Translations under genes and position numbers: made by a program
From: the human T2T-CHM13v2.0 reference genome, Homo sapiens
Strand: one strand, 5' to 3'
Assembly (NCBI RefSeq): GCF_009914755.1
Contig: NC_060929.1
DNA: 64,000 nucleotides
The notes under the pieces: model-generated
What the model was told of the DNA's origin: nothing
Seen by the model: only the letters and a program-made list of their open reading frames with translations
Databases searched by the model: none
In this document: piece after piece, positions 15,171 through 27,482 of the stretch
Position numbering within the stretch: position 1 is the stretch's first letter
Layout of the letters: the number at the start of each line of letters is the position of its first letter

Positions 15171-17269
15171 CTGTTTATTGATCTAAGGAAATGGAGGAAA
15201 TGAGTGTGAGAAAAATATTAGAGGAATAAATATCTACAGGCCAAGAGTTTCCAAGATTTCCTGTGTGGTTTGTGGGAACTGAAAAGTCAGAATTCTGATT
15301 TGATAGATTCTTGGCACATCACGTATTATTTTATTATGAAGCAACAGGGTTAAATGCCTTTGATCCTTTAAATCTGAACACACTTCTGAAGCTAGAAATT
15401 GAAAAATGATTAACTTAAAAGGAAAAGGAAAACACCTTTGCACATATTTTGCTTCTTCCAGATGGAATTCATGTCTACCAGAGGCAAACAAAATGTTTAG
15501 CATTTGTTAAATGGGGCCACATTAAATTTAGCATTTATTTTTTAACTAAGAGCCAAAAGAAAGAGATTTATAATAGAGAATACCTTTAGATGGCATTTAG
15601 AAAGTTATATGGATATGTGTTTCATTTAAATACTTTCTCTTTGACTAGAAATTACTCAGCAATTGAAACAAACAGTCTGAGAAAAACCCATTTCCTGATA
15701 ATATCCACCCTTCTTCTAGGAAAAAGGGGGAATTCTTTGTATCTAATTATGTTAAGGAATTAAATCCCTTCATGTAAGATAGAAAAAAAAATACGAATGC
15801 ATTAGGTTACATTCTTTAACTCAGAGTTTTATCCAGATTCAGTCTATAATTAATTATGTAAGATTAATAGAATGAATCAAGTTTCATGAAATTGCATGAT
15901 GCTTAGGAATATCTGTTACAGTGGCTATGTTCTTACCTCCCTTCCTTGACCTTACAAATGCTACTCAGTAACTTTAAACAAGGGGTAAAAGTAATCTCTT
16001 CTCTGTTGCTAGGAAGGTGAATTACTGTAGATGGGAGGAAAACATGCAACTTAAAATCAACTTTCTTCATCACTCTTGACATTCACCAGTCTTTACTTGG
16101 GATCACCTTGAGATGTGACATCAATTCAGAGTAATAAGGAAGGGTCAGTGAAAAGCTAAAACATTCTCAAGAACCCATTTTAACACATCTCCAAGGGATT
16201 CCTGTCAATGCCACAGCATTTCAAATACAGTACACAAGTTCCAGAGAAACAGCTTCATGAAATGGAGACAATAGGTATCTGTGCAAGTCTTATGACAAGA
16301 AATTGACCTCTTATTGGGTCTCTCTTCCACGCCCTACATGTTTTTCTTTCTATAACCTCATCAGTCATTCCTTAGAAAACATTACATGTCCGTTTATCAA
16401 CAGTCTATTGTGAAACAGTACATTTTCTGTATACTGTTGTCACTGGCAGGGTTTTCTTAAAAAGTAAGTATGTTTAAGAGCTTTGATTTAAGAAAGTTTC
16501 TTTGTCACATGGATAAGGATCCAGAATTGATTTCATGAAGTGAGTTTGGAGTTGGATATACACATCTGTATCTATCAGTAGATGTTTAGCTCTTTACATT
16601 GTGTTCACCTATAATCTGTTCTAGCAGATAGCTCAAAGCCCTGTGCATAACAAGAACTTAATAATTATTAAAGTAGAAAAAAACTATTTTCAGTTTGCTG
16701 TATAACAGGGATGAGATTAGACACTGAGAACTCAAAGTACACTTTTTGTGTATCTAGATATATAACTGGAGTTTATCCCTTACCATCACTTACAGTTATA
16801 AATTATTTAGAGAAAGAGAGAAATGGAATATTGTCTGCCTATTGTTATACTCCATTTAGTTTTACTTATCGGGACAGGAGACAGAATGATTAAAATGATC
16901 ATTATCCAAACTTTAATATCTAGCCTGTAGAATTTTCCTTCTCTACAAATATTTTACTTAGCATTGTTGACTGGTTTGAATGTCTGAAATAGATTAGGGC
17001 CATGAAATTCATTATGCACTAAATAATATGAGATTTAAAAATGTTATTTGCTCTAATGTACAATAAGAAAATTGTAACGGGATTCTTAAATGTTTAGGTA
17101 GTCTAAATGTTACATATGAGAACTGCAATTAAATGTAACATCGTTACATATAATTGCATAATCGTGGACTATGAGCACATTTAATATATTTGAAATTATT
17201 TTATGTGGAGCTTCCATAAGTAAAAACGACTAAAGCTTGCCCAGGTGTTCAAGTTTTGCCCTTAATTCT

Positions 17270-17650
17270 CTCTCACACTGATGAACCATATTCTCCCTCA
17301 GTCTTCTCCATCTCAATTAATGCCACCATATACCCATTTGCTTCTAAAATCTTGAAGTCTTCTTTGTGTTCTTTTCCCCTTTATTCCACTCAGTTCCATT
17401 TTTCAGCAAATCCCGTTGGCTCCGCTGCCAAAACATAACAGCTCTTCAATCACCCTATCTAAATCACCATCTCTCTTACCTTGTCTGTGCTGGTAGCCTC
17501 CTAACTCATCCCCCTGCTTCCACTCTTGCCTGCTTAAAGCCCACTGGCCACAGAACAGCTAGAAGGCTCTTTCTAAAACGTAAATAAAATCATGTTATCC
17601 CTCTCTATAGAGTAGATGATTAGTAAATATTTGTTGGCTCAATCAGTCAA
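17270..17650 (+). mobile_element. L2 fragment
   Basis: tcttctccatctcaattaatgccacc...cagctagaaggctctttctaaaacgtaaat...tagtaaatatttgttg. Confidence 0.7.
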
Positions 17651-20600
17651 GCAGTGAGTAATGGTGCTATAGCTATGGAAGGGTCAATAAGACAGGGACA
17701 GGAAAAACCAAAGATTCAGGGAGCCCAGATTATAAGAAAGCCTTGATTCATTGTGTATAATTCTGTCTTTACTTGAAACTTAAGCATATGAGTCTACTTC
17801 TATTGATTGGCCTGCCTGTGAACACTTGACAACTTACCCAGAGAATTCCACTGACGGCCAATCAAGGTTTTTTTCTTGGCCACTTAGAGTCGAAACAGCT
17901 GCCCAGGTTTAATTAATAGTCTACAATTATATCTGGAGAGGAGCCAGTTTGAGACAGGTGTCTAAATGAAAGGGAGATTCCTAGCTCTCTTCATGAGTCA
18001 CCTGTCTGGGTCTGGTGAGATAGACTCAAAGTTCTCAGGGGGAACGGAACTGTTATTTTAGAGTTCACTCAGGTTGAGGTTCCTGCATCGTGTTCCAGTG
18101 CCCACTTTATCTGTTGGTATTCATCATACAAGGAGATCCTAGGTTTGATTCTGTGAAGTTTGGTTTCAGGGTTTTTAAGCAGTGTCCATTTGCCAGGAAT
18201 CTCCAACAAAGCAGTAAGAAACACAGCACTGATTGTTATGGTGCAAATGTCACAACTCATTTAAGGGGATCATCAAGTAATGACAACAAAGATTCAAATG
18301 GGGGCTTACTCTTTGATCCACCAGGAGTTTAAATAGCAATTATCATTAATTCTTGGATTCCTCCAGTCCTGATAGAAATTCAAGCTATCAGAAACTATCA
18401 TTTCACAAACAGACAGCTATTAAAAGCACATTAATAATCTATAGAGGGCATAGCATATGCCTTTTAAAAAGATTTGCAGCTTGCTTCTATGTGGCAAAGA
18501 CACAGGACTTCTCCAATCTAATTACAAAGCAATCAAACAATTTAATTAATCTGGAAATCACTTTCTTAACAATAGCTGCTGCTAAAATGAGGCACCCTGT
18601 GTAGTGCCGTTAGGTAAAGTATGTTTTTCCTACACTGTTTATGTATTAGCCATGCTAGTTCCCCAGGGGGATCATGGAGTTAATTACCTACCTAATGCCT
18701 GACCACTACTAAGGTTTACTTTACCAGGTCAGAAACATCAGCAGCGATACCAGCAGTCTATAAAGTGTCCTAGCACTCAAACATCCAAGAGCCAGCAAAT
18801 CCCTGGGAGCAGCAGGATTTTAGTTATAAGCAAGTGCTGCACATATGGGCAGAGAATTAACTGGCACCAGTTTTCATTTGGGAGTCTCTCAGGTATTGCT
18901 TTGCAGATGGGTGGATGAATTCAGAGAGCAGTGCTATGAGGAGTGAAGGTCATGTATAAGACTCGGGTTTCACTCCTTCTTACTCTCATCCTGGGGAAGC
19001 ACTGTGCATGTGCACAGCAGTCAAGTCCTCATCGCTGAGTTTAGAACATATAACATGTGCTTTATAATTTGGCCTGTTCTAAATTAGCAGTATTTTGATC
19101 ACTGTATAACAAAATAGTATTGCTAAGTCTTCAGAGACTGAGTAGGAGTCAATTTTTATTTCAAATAAGAACAAAGACTTCAGAGATTGACTTCTACCTG
19201 CCTAATCTGCTAGTCTTATAATTCCTCCCTAAGGAAAATGGAGGAATTTCTGTAATAAGTAACACAGAAGTCTATAGAATGCTCATTGACCCTTTTCTTC
19301 TGTTACCACCACGACTCCATTTCTCTCCCAAAATTTCCTATTAGAGGGTCAGTCATTTTCCCAATCTACCCACATTGGAAACATCAGTCACTTTTTTAGC
19401 CTGTATCCTTTTTCACTCGTTTCTAATCTGCTAACGACTATGCTTGGTTTGCCCACCAGAATATCCTTTCTCTTGACCTTCCATGTCCTGGTCTAGGTCC
19501 CTCCTCCTCTGCTACTCCCCTGGCCACCCATACCAATTACACTCAGGCCAGCTTAGAACCTCCAGCATCTCTCTCTTGCCTCCAAGTATTTCTTAAAGCC
19601 TCTAACTAATCAGTACCAATAAACACAGCTCATTGGCTTTCCCAGTCTGAATTCCCTTCAGTCAGAGAAACTGTCTCGATTGCCTTGCCCTACTGTGTTT
19701 GGGTTGTTTCTGACTCCTTCCTGAAGTCACCTTCTGTTTCTCCTCTTACCTAAAACCTGCTAAACTGCCCTGAAATTGAGCTAGAGTCCCTTGTCCTTAA
19801 GGAATTATCAGTTGCTCTAGCCCACATCACTCTCACTCATTTTCTCTAATATCCTCTGACAGTTAAGAGCCTTAATGATAATTCATATGTGTATGTATAT
19901 GTGTGTATACGTATATATATATTTGCATTTTAATTTAGCTTTTTGGTCTGACATGAAGCAGAAACATCTGCGATTAGTAAGATAGAACTAACACCTCTAT
20001 AGTCTTGAAGTTGAAGATGTGGGAATTTAAGTTAGGTTTTACAGCAGTGTAGTAGATGAGAAGAAAATGAGGAAAATGTTCAAGCAATGGACCTAGAAAG
20101 GCAGCCTAAGATGCGAAGGCAAAATCTGAATATGGGAAATGGTTAGTGGCAGCCTTGTTTTATTTTTATTATTTTTTTATTTTTTAGAGCAGAGTTAAAT
20201 TCACCTCTTTATCTATATCTCTGCCCATTCATCCTGAAGATGAAGGGTCAGCATGGGGACCATTCACTAATATCCCTAAAAGTGAAAAGGGTTTTAAGTC
20301 AATTCTTTGTTGCTTCTTTCTTCAGATTAAAAAATATATATTAATAAGCTCTCTGTATTGTTCTAGTTGATCACGTTGTAATCTCCAGGTATAGTGTTTT
20401 CTTTACAAAGAACACAGGGCTAAGAATTCGGTGCCAGGTTTCATTGGCCTTATGATTTCATTTTGAGTGAATAAGTGTAGCAGGGATTGTTCTTAGAATG
20501 TCTTGGCTTCAGATAATCAGTTATTGTGTTACGCCTAATTATTTACTGGTAGTTTGCTCTTTATGGTGTGTGAGCAAATTGAACACTTTTCCCAAATGAA

Positions 20601-22322
20601 AAACAAAATTTATATGAATATTTCTGGCATTAGATTATTTCCTTTAGGAAACAAAATTTTTAGCCATCTTGAAATTTGAGATTTTTAAAGGAATATGAGG
20701 AGAAGTATACAAGCTAAATTAGGGGTGTTGGGAGAGGGGATGAAGGCTATTGAGAGAAGTTGAAAGAACTTAATTTAGCTGTGTGTAGATAAATGGACAA
20801 AATGAATCCTGGATTACTGGATGGCAAAAGCAGAATTCATTTCTCCAGGGGCCCAAGGAATAACAGATGCAAAGCCATGATAAATTTCATTGCAGCAGGG
20901 GGAAAAATGCTTCATGATTCTCTATCCATAAAGAAATGGGCTTCTCAGCGCTTCCCAGTTAAATGGCTGTGATTGTGCTGTCTGTCTTAAAGTTAATGTC
21001 ATTTGTTGAAGACATCACTATAAAATTTGCAACCTTCAGTTAATTGAGAAATTTCGGTAGAGATATAGCCAGTCCAAAAGTCCTCAAGGTAACACTAAAC
21101 TTATCCTCCTTAATGTGTTAGTCTATTCTTTCTGCACACTGGTAATAAATTGTTTCTACCTTTACAGCCATGTACTGACTTTGACATAAAATCTTGTCTT
21201 CCTTACACCCAATTACAATAGTCACTTTCATTAAGAAACCAGTAATGTGGCAATTGGCTTGCCCTTAGGGATTAAACATAGCTTCCTGATTTATTTTTCC
21301 TTTTTCCTTTTTCTAGAAGGTACAGGATTGCTTTGCAGCCTTTCCTTGCCCACTTATTTAAACCAGCTACAGTTCCATGTGGTCCTCAGACAATTCCGCC
21401 AATCTAATTAAACATGCAGAGGGAAGCAGGGTGGTCTGGAGTGTCCTGAACTTGCCCTCGCCAGCTGCTGGCCAAGCTTTCTCAATGATCAGCAGCAGGT
21501 TGAGTGGGCTAATGGAGAAAGTAACAAGCCCCAGAGGAGCTGCCCTCCTTCCAACGAGCAATCACTGCCCCACACCACCCCTGAAGGCCTGGGGAAGATG
21601 AGCTCTGCCAGCCTTTGTGTGGCTGTGGCTTTTTGAGGCTGCCTGGCCAGTCACAGTCCAGCTGCTTAGGAGCAGAGGGATTGTTGAGGAAAATATTGAC
21701 AACGGGTAATCCTGCTGAGCCACTTGGCAATGCTGAGATAGATCTGGGTCATTGAGAAATAGGTCCAAACTGCTGTGGTCTTCCCAGTGTTTTACAACTA
21801 GTTCTGACACATCCACCTTTAAAATATGTGCTTCAGAATATGAGGATTTATCTTCAGGAACTCAGACTCTTATTCATTCTACTGTAAACAAAAAGTACTA
21901 AGGCTGCCTGCTAAAATGGAAAACACCTCCAACTGAAGCATATGCTTACCCATGCATCCTGCTCATTGAAATGTTCGCATCTGGAGGGTCACAACCAAGA
22001 CTTGTATATATTCATTACTCTATCAGATTGAAATATTTGTATTGTTATCTCCATGCAGGACTCCTGGTTGGTGATATAGCTGAAAGTGTTTATTCATGTG
22101 TCTTGCACACTTAGAAAGCTGTGCTGGAACTCATGCTCCCCCATCCCCATCTCCTCCCCACCGCCCACCCCACCATCCCTGGTCCAGGTAAAACTAAAGC
22201 ATTATTGGAGGAAAGGACATTCTACAGAAATGTAAATAAACTTATTTCTAAGGAGAGAATTATTGATGTGGAAATGATACACAAAATCATGTAGTAAATT
22301 TCTCTCTTTTCTCTTTCTCTAG

Positions 22323-22392
22323 GAAATAGCCCTCAAGATAGTCCAAGAAATTTCTCCCCCAGTGCCTCAGCCCATTTTTCATTTGCACGGAG
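22323..22392 (+). CDS. MAST4: MAST4 coding exon, 70 nt, phase 1->2: (G)NSPQDSPRNFSPSASAHFSFAR(R)
   Basis: Pyrimidine tract tttctctcttttctctttctctag before and AG|gtaagg after; peptide matches the MAST4 N-terminal region as recalled; frame joins the next exon. Confidence 0.96.
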
Positions 22393-22440
22393 GTAAGGAC
22401 TTTTTGTGAGTGGAGGCATAAGGTCTTATAGAGAGAATCC

Positions 22441-22640
22441 CATTTTCCTCTCCCTCTCCCCACTTCTCCCCCTCCCCACTTCTTCCCGTCCCCACTTCTC
22501 CCCCTCCCCACTTGCCCTTCCCCCCACTTCCCCTTCTGCCCCTCCCCACTTCCCCTTCTCCCCCTCCCCACTTTTCCCCCATCTCACTTCCCCCCTCCCC
22601 CTCCCCGCTTCTCCCCCTCCCCGCTTCTCCCCCTCCCCTG
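22441..22640. repeat. C/T-rich degenerate tandem repeat (cccacttctccccctc-like units)
   Basis: ~200 bp almost all pyrimidine on + strand, directly downstream of the 22323-22392 exon. Confidence 0.93.
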
Positions 22641-24966
22641 CTCCATGCCTTGTGAGGTCCTGCTCATTATTCTGTAAGGCCTTCTCCAAAGCCCCACTGG
22701 CCAAAGAGCTTAGGCTGCCACAAAGCTTTGTTTTAACACACCTGCTTTAACAGTTTCAAGGCAGCAATTTAGTGATCCCATTGAGAAAAAGCCATGCATG
22801 GGCTATAGGATGTTTTCTGCTTTCTCTTCCTATCATGTTTGCAATTGGGCACCAGCCGTCAAAGATAGATGTCTCATAACGGGACCACTGAGTCAAGAGG
22901 AAGTGTTTTCATTGTTCAGAGGATAGCAGGCACACAATGTCATGTCACACCATGTTCATTGTGGATTTTCTGCTATGACGTAGCCAAGTCAGAGGAGTGT
23001 GCACAGTCATCTCTTCTGTGTTCTGCATGTGAAATTTGTCTGCTTCGCCCTGTCAGATGCAATCCTTCACCTTCCTGGGCTCCTTCATCCCTCTCACATG
23101 CATAGCTTGTCCTCCTCTGCCCAGGAAAAACACCGAGAAAACAAAATGGCACCTTCAGCCAAGTTTCTGAATATTCAGGATAAACTCGGTTTATGGTCTG
23201 AATGTCCTAGATATTTGTTCAGTTTTCCTCAGAGACCTAACTATATCCTAAAGTGGATTAAAGTAGGACTTAATAAAGACATATAGGTAGGTTAAAAAAA
23301 AATACTTGTTCTTACACATGTGACTAACTAGCAAAACTTGCAGTGCCCTCACGACCGTTTGTCAGCATGTCATGCATTTTACGTTACTAAGTCTAGAAAA
23401 AAAAGTTGCGGCATTTTCAGAGTTCTGTGTAATTAAGATTTCATTATAAATCTGATGTAAAAAAGTTTGTTCTTTCATAGTTTAGTTGTTTCCCATCATG
23501 TGTTAAATGCCTTTATGTATCTCACCATGGGGACAATACAAGAGTGATAAAAACATCATCTCCAGGGAACTTATTGAGACCCATACACTGTTTTTACCCC
23601 CAGCTCCAGCTTTTCTTTTTTCAGCTTATTTAGTACTGTAAGAAAATGTACTGGTCCCAGAAAGCCTGTTTACCCAGTGAATATTAATTCATAATAGTGC
23701 TACTATTCCAAGTGGAAAGAATATCCTATAAAAATTGATAAACAAGTGTTTACTATAGTCTTTAAAACATATCTCTATAAAGGGGAGAATGCATTTAATT
23801 ATTATAAGTAATAAGCAAAATGGAAATCTCATGGAGTGCATTTAAACATGACAGAAATCACGGTATCTTAATCCTGGCAGATTTATAAAAATGGAGAGAA
23901 TCTAATAATTAAATAGGTGACTCAAGGACACGTGAATCTGGTTTCCATGCTATTAAAAAAATACATAACCCCCCCAGGCATGTTAATTTTTGACAAATAA
24001 ACCATAAACCGTGACAGGAGATTATCACAGGAGACCTCTAGTTCATTTTGCATGAATTTCCGAATGGAACTCCCTCCACACTCTTCAAAAAGTATTAATT
24101 TAGTTTAGGACATGAGTGATCATCATTTTAAATTGTTATTCAAGTAAACAGAACCCTGTGTTATGAAAACTCAAATTGGTGTATTTTTATGTAACATCTG
24201 GGATATGTCTCTCCATTTTAGAGTTGATTTTTCCTCAGGCAACATGGAGATTCCACTCCTAGGCCTCTGTTACCTTCCATTTGGTGCACATTGCTGAGCC
24301 TTTAAGAAGTAATGTCATTTTGAGACTCCCACATTTTATTGTTTTGTAAAATTTAGTCCAATTGAGGAAATATTGCTCTGTTTTTAAAAGTAGTCTTGGG
24401 TAAAGGGATAAAAGTCTGGCTTATTAATCTTTTCTGACCTTTCTTACCTTATGTGATAATACTTCCCTAGTAGCCATCCCTTGTAACAAAATAGTCCAAG
24501 TATAGACTAGAAAGTATAATGACACAGACTTGCTTTCTATATTTTAAAATGCAGATTTGAGAGTGAAATTATCGAATTAATTTTTTACTATTAAGTAAAA
24601 TAAAAGATGAAAGTGAGAACCATAGTATAGATTTTGTCTGGAGGAAGGCCACATTTTCACATTGCTAATTGTGGTATTAATTTACAATCCACCTGATTGT
24701 GGACCTACTTAATCCTTTTTTCCCTGGCGGTAAAATGGAGGTTAAAAATACTCTCGTGCCTTTCCCAGAAGTTGTGGAAGTTTATGTATTGCAGACTGCT
24801 TTCACTTTTGATGGAAACATAGAGCCCTCCAAGAAATGCTGTGAGTCTCTCCTAGTTCCCTAGTTATTATGCACTAGGTTGAATCTCCAAGTGTATTTCC
24901 ACAAGCAAATTACTACAACAAACTTGCCTGCTGAGTTCAGGTCATCAGACAATTGTTGAGTACTGG

Positions 24967-25084
24967 GCTGGAAGTCAGGCCTACTAAAGATCATTGGCTC
25001 TGGTTGTCATTTCCAGATGATCCTGTTTTTCCTGCTCCCTTTCTGTTTTTATTCATTTGAATCTGCTGAGTCTGATCATTGTAA
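24967..25084 (+). repeat. Copy 1 of a ~120-bp direct repeat (partner 27364-27482)
   Basis: Hand alignment 101/120 columns identical; shared exact ttattcatttgaatctgctgagtctga. Confidence 0.92.
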
Positions 25085-26317
25085 CCTCCCAGTTACACCT
25101 TCAGAATTCTGGAGTAGATTTTAGTTATTTTAGCTATATTGGCATAGTTCAACTTGTTCCAACATCAACTAGAATATTTGGTGTATCACTCCAGGTAACT
25201 ATAACAATAAATCTACTTCCTCTTCATACAGTTAGAATAGCCAGGTTGATACTGGAACTTTTCATTCTTTCTTTGTTGTATACCATATTAATCTAAATTT
25301 TTGTGAGTGGTATTGAAATGAGGGTTGTTATTTTTTTGCTGATCTTTTTTGTGTCCCGTGTTCCCATCAGATGTTTTTCCCTTCTTACTTTTTCATTTAA
25401 TGTAACACCAAGATTCCCACCCACAAGGAAAAAGACTCTTTTCAAAAAAGGCTTGTTGCATTGGCAAGAATGTAGTCTTGTCTTCCTATAACATTTTGTT
25501 GGTAACTACTGCAAAGAAAAGACAACATTGTTAGCAGGATTGTACTTGTGTGATACCTTTCTTGAAAAAAGGGCATGTTCTCTCTTAAGTACTGTAGATA
25601 GCATGTATAGTAACTTCTGATGTGCAGTTGTCATGGTGATGAAAATGCAGTGGTCCTTTGTGCTCCATTTGAGTAAATAGACACAGACAACTTAGGGAAC
25701 TTTATGAGTTGTAAATTATTTCTGGTCCCTGGCTGTACAGAGTACTGAGCACATTCTCGTTTAAACATCTTTCTAGTTGTGTGTTTTCTGGAGCAAGCAA
25801 ATGTAATTTATGCTTCAGAACTAATAAGAACATGTCTTCTCTTGGAATTGCTCATTCATCTAAAATATGTTCATTGATAACTGAGGGGAAGGAGAGTTAA
25901 TGCATCACAAAACAAAATCATGGTGGGGAGAAATTGTGTCCCTCACTCTTTCCAGAGACTAGTTTCTGATAATTGCTATTAAAGGGACTGAATAATTCTT
26001 TTAAAATCATATCCTTTTCTTACTTTATCAAATTGGAGGTGTTTAAAATATATAGTGCAGGTATGGATTCTTAACTGTTTAATAAGTAGCCAAATAAAAT
26101 AATATCAACCAGTGTCCATTTAATAATCAAGTATCTTTGTAAGCATGTTATTACAATTACTTTCTTCTTAAATCATTAACATTTTCAGTTGTTTAAAAGT
26201 ATTTCAAAAGAACATATAATTTATCTCAATTTCTTTTATCTGGTATATTTACATACATCTTACTTTGCTTCTTTTTTTTAACATACTTGATTCATTTGTA
26301 CTCCAATCATGGTACAG

Positions 26318-26326
26318 AAATGACAG
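26318..26326 (+). CDS. MAST4: Candidate 9-nt alternative microexon AAATGACAG, inserting NDR (…FARR-NDR-TDGRRW…)
   Basis: tacag|AAATGACAG|gtaaat; phase 2->2 so frame is kept; no AG in 26211-26315; I recall MAST4 isoforms differing by 3 aa at this site. Confidence 0.8.
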
Positions 26327-27363
26327 GTAAATTTTACTAAAATCTTAACATTGTAGTAGTTCTGTGATTTGTCCACTTGAATTTTTCCGTCTTGTCTTTG
26401 TGGACCATTTGCATTTATTGGAGGTTACACCCATGGCAGCCTATAATTTTATTTTCCTACGAATATAAATTTAGGCTAAAATGTCAGTTTTTTACGTTAA
26501 CATCTAACTGTGACGTTTCTCAAATTCAAGCCTAATGTTGTTGAATTCCCTAACTTCAATTTATTGTGAATGTATCCCTGGTAAATTTTGTCCACTCTTG
26601 TCACTTGGCAAGTTAACATAATAACAAACGTAATAACACGAATTACAAAATGTCCATATATGACACTGCAATCTTATTGACCTAAAAATGCAATGTTGCT
26701 TTTTTTAAAGTGTGTTTTTCCTTTTTTTTGCCCCTTGACAAATTTGCATAGAACATTCAAAATGTTCTGTGGCTTTTAAGGCACAGTCTTGCGTTTAAAG
26801 TAATAGCTCTGGAATGCCAGAGATTTCAGAAAATTTGCTTTCTGTTGTCCCCTTCCCTTTGCAGCAGTATTGTTTCTACTGCTGCATTCACTCATCTGAG
26901 ACCCTTGTAATGACCCTTATCCACAGCCAAACTCCAACTGAGAAACCACCCATTCTATCATCACTTGAAGATAAAACCACCCTTTTCATGGCTCCTGCCA
27001 GCTTTGCCTCTAAGGCTGAGGCAAACAACTTTACTCTTTGCATTAAGTTCTATCACTGGTGGAGAAGGTTTCACTCTGCCCCCACTGTTGACTGGCCAGA
27101 GCTGGGCTGCATGCTCAAAGACTCTGCAGGAGGCTTTGCTGTAACAAGCCAGGTCATGTCCGAAGGCAGTAACTCTTAAGAGATTCTAAGCATAAGGTCA
27201 GTTACTTACTTAATGCTAAAGTTATTTGACACTTCAGGCCTGAGCCAGCCATGAGCCTAATGATCCCTTCTTCCCTAAGCATGATGAGTATAACTGTTCC
27301 TTGAAAATAATAAGCAGAAAGTGTTTCGGATGCAAAGAAAGTCCCCACAGGCCCTTGTGCCAT

Positions 27364-27482
27364 GCTGGAAGTTAGCCCCTTCCAAAGATCATTTGCTCTG
27401 GTTATCAGCTTCCAGATGAGAGTGTTTTCCTCCTGCCTTTCTGTTCTTATTCATTTGAATCTGCTGAGTCTGACCATTGTAA
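27364..27482 (+). repeat. Copy 2 of the ~120-bp direct repeat
   Basis: gctggaagt...aaagatcatt.gctctggtt...ttccagatga...cattgtaa colinear with copy 1. Confidence 0.92.

Noticed and set aside
16013-16016. tgctag|GAAG|gtgaat as a microexon
   Set aside because: Four nucleotides would frameshift and there is no other support; such AG-N-GT strings are common
22287-22750. Gly/Glu-rich and Pro/Ser-rich ORFs
   Set aside because: Artefacts of the stop-free C/T tandem repeat
24967-25084. Duplicated element as tandem intronic box C/D snoRNAs
   Set aside because: It has CTGA (D-like) motifs but only AGATGA instead of RUGAUGA, and no terminal stem in the right register; not supported without an Infernal/snoscan hit
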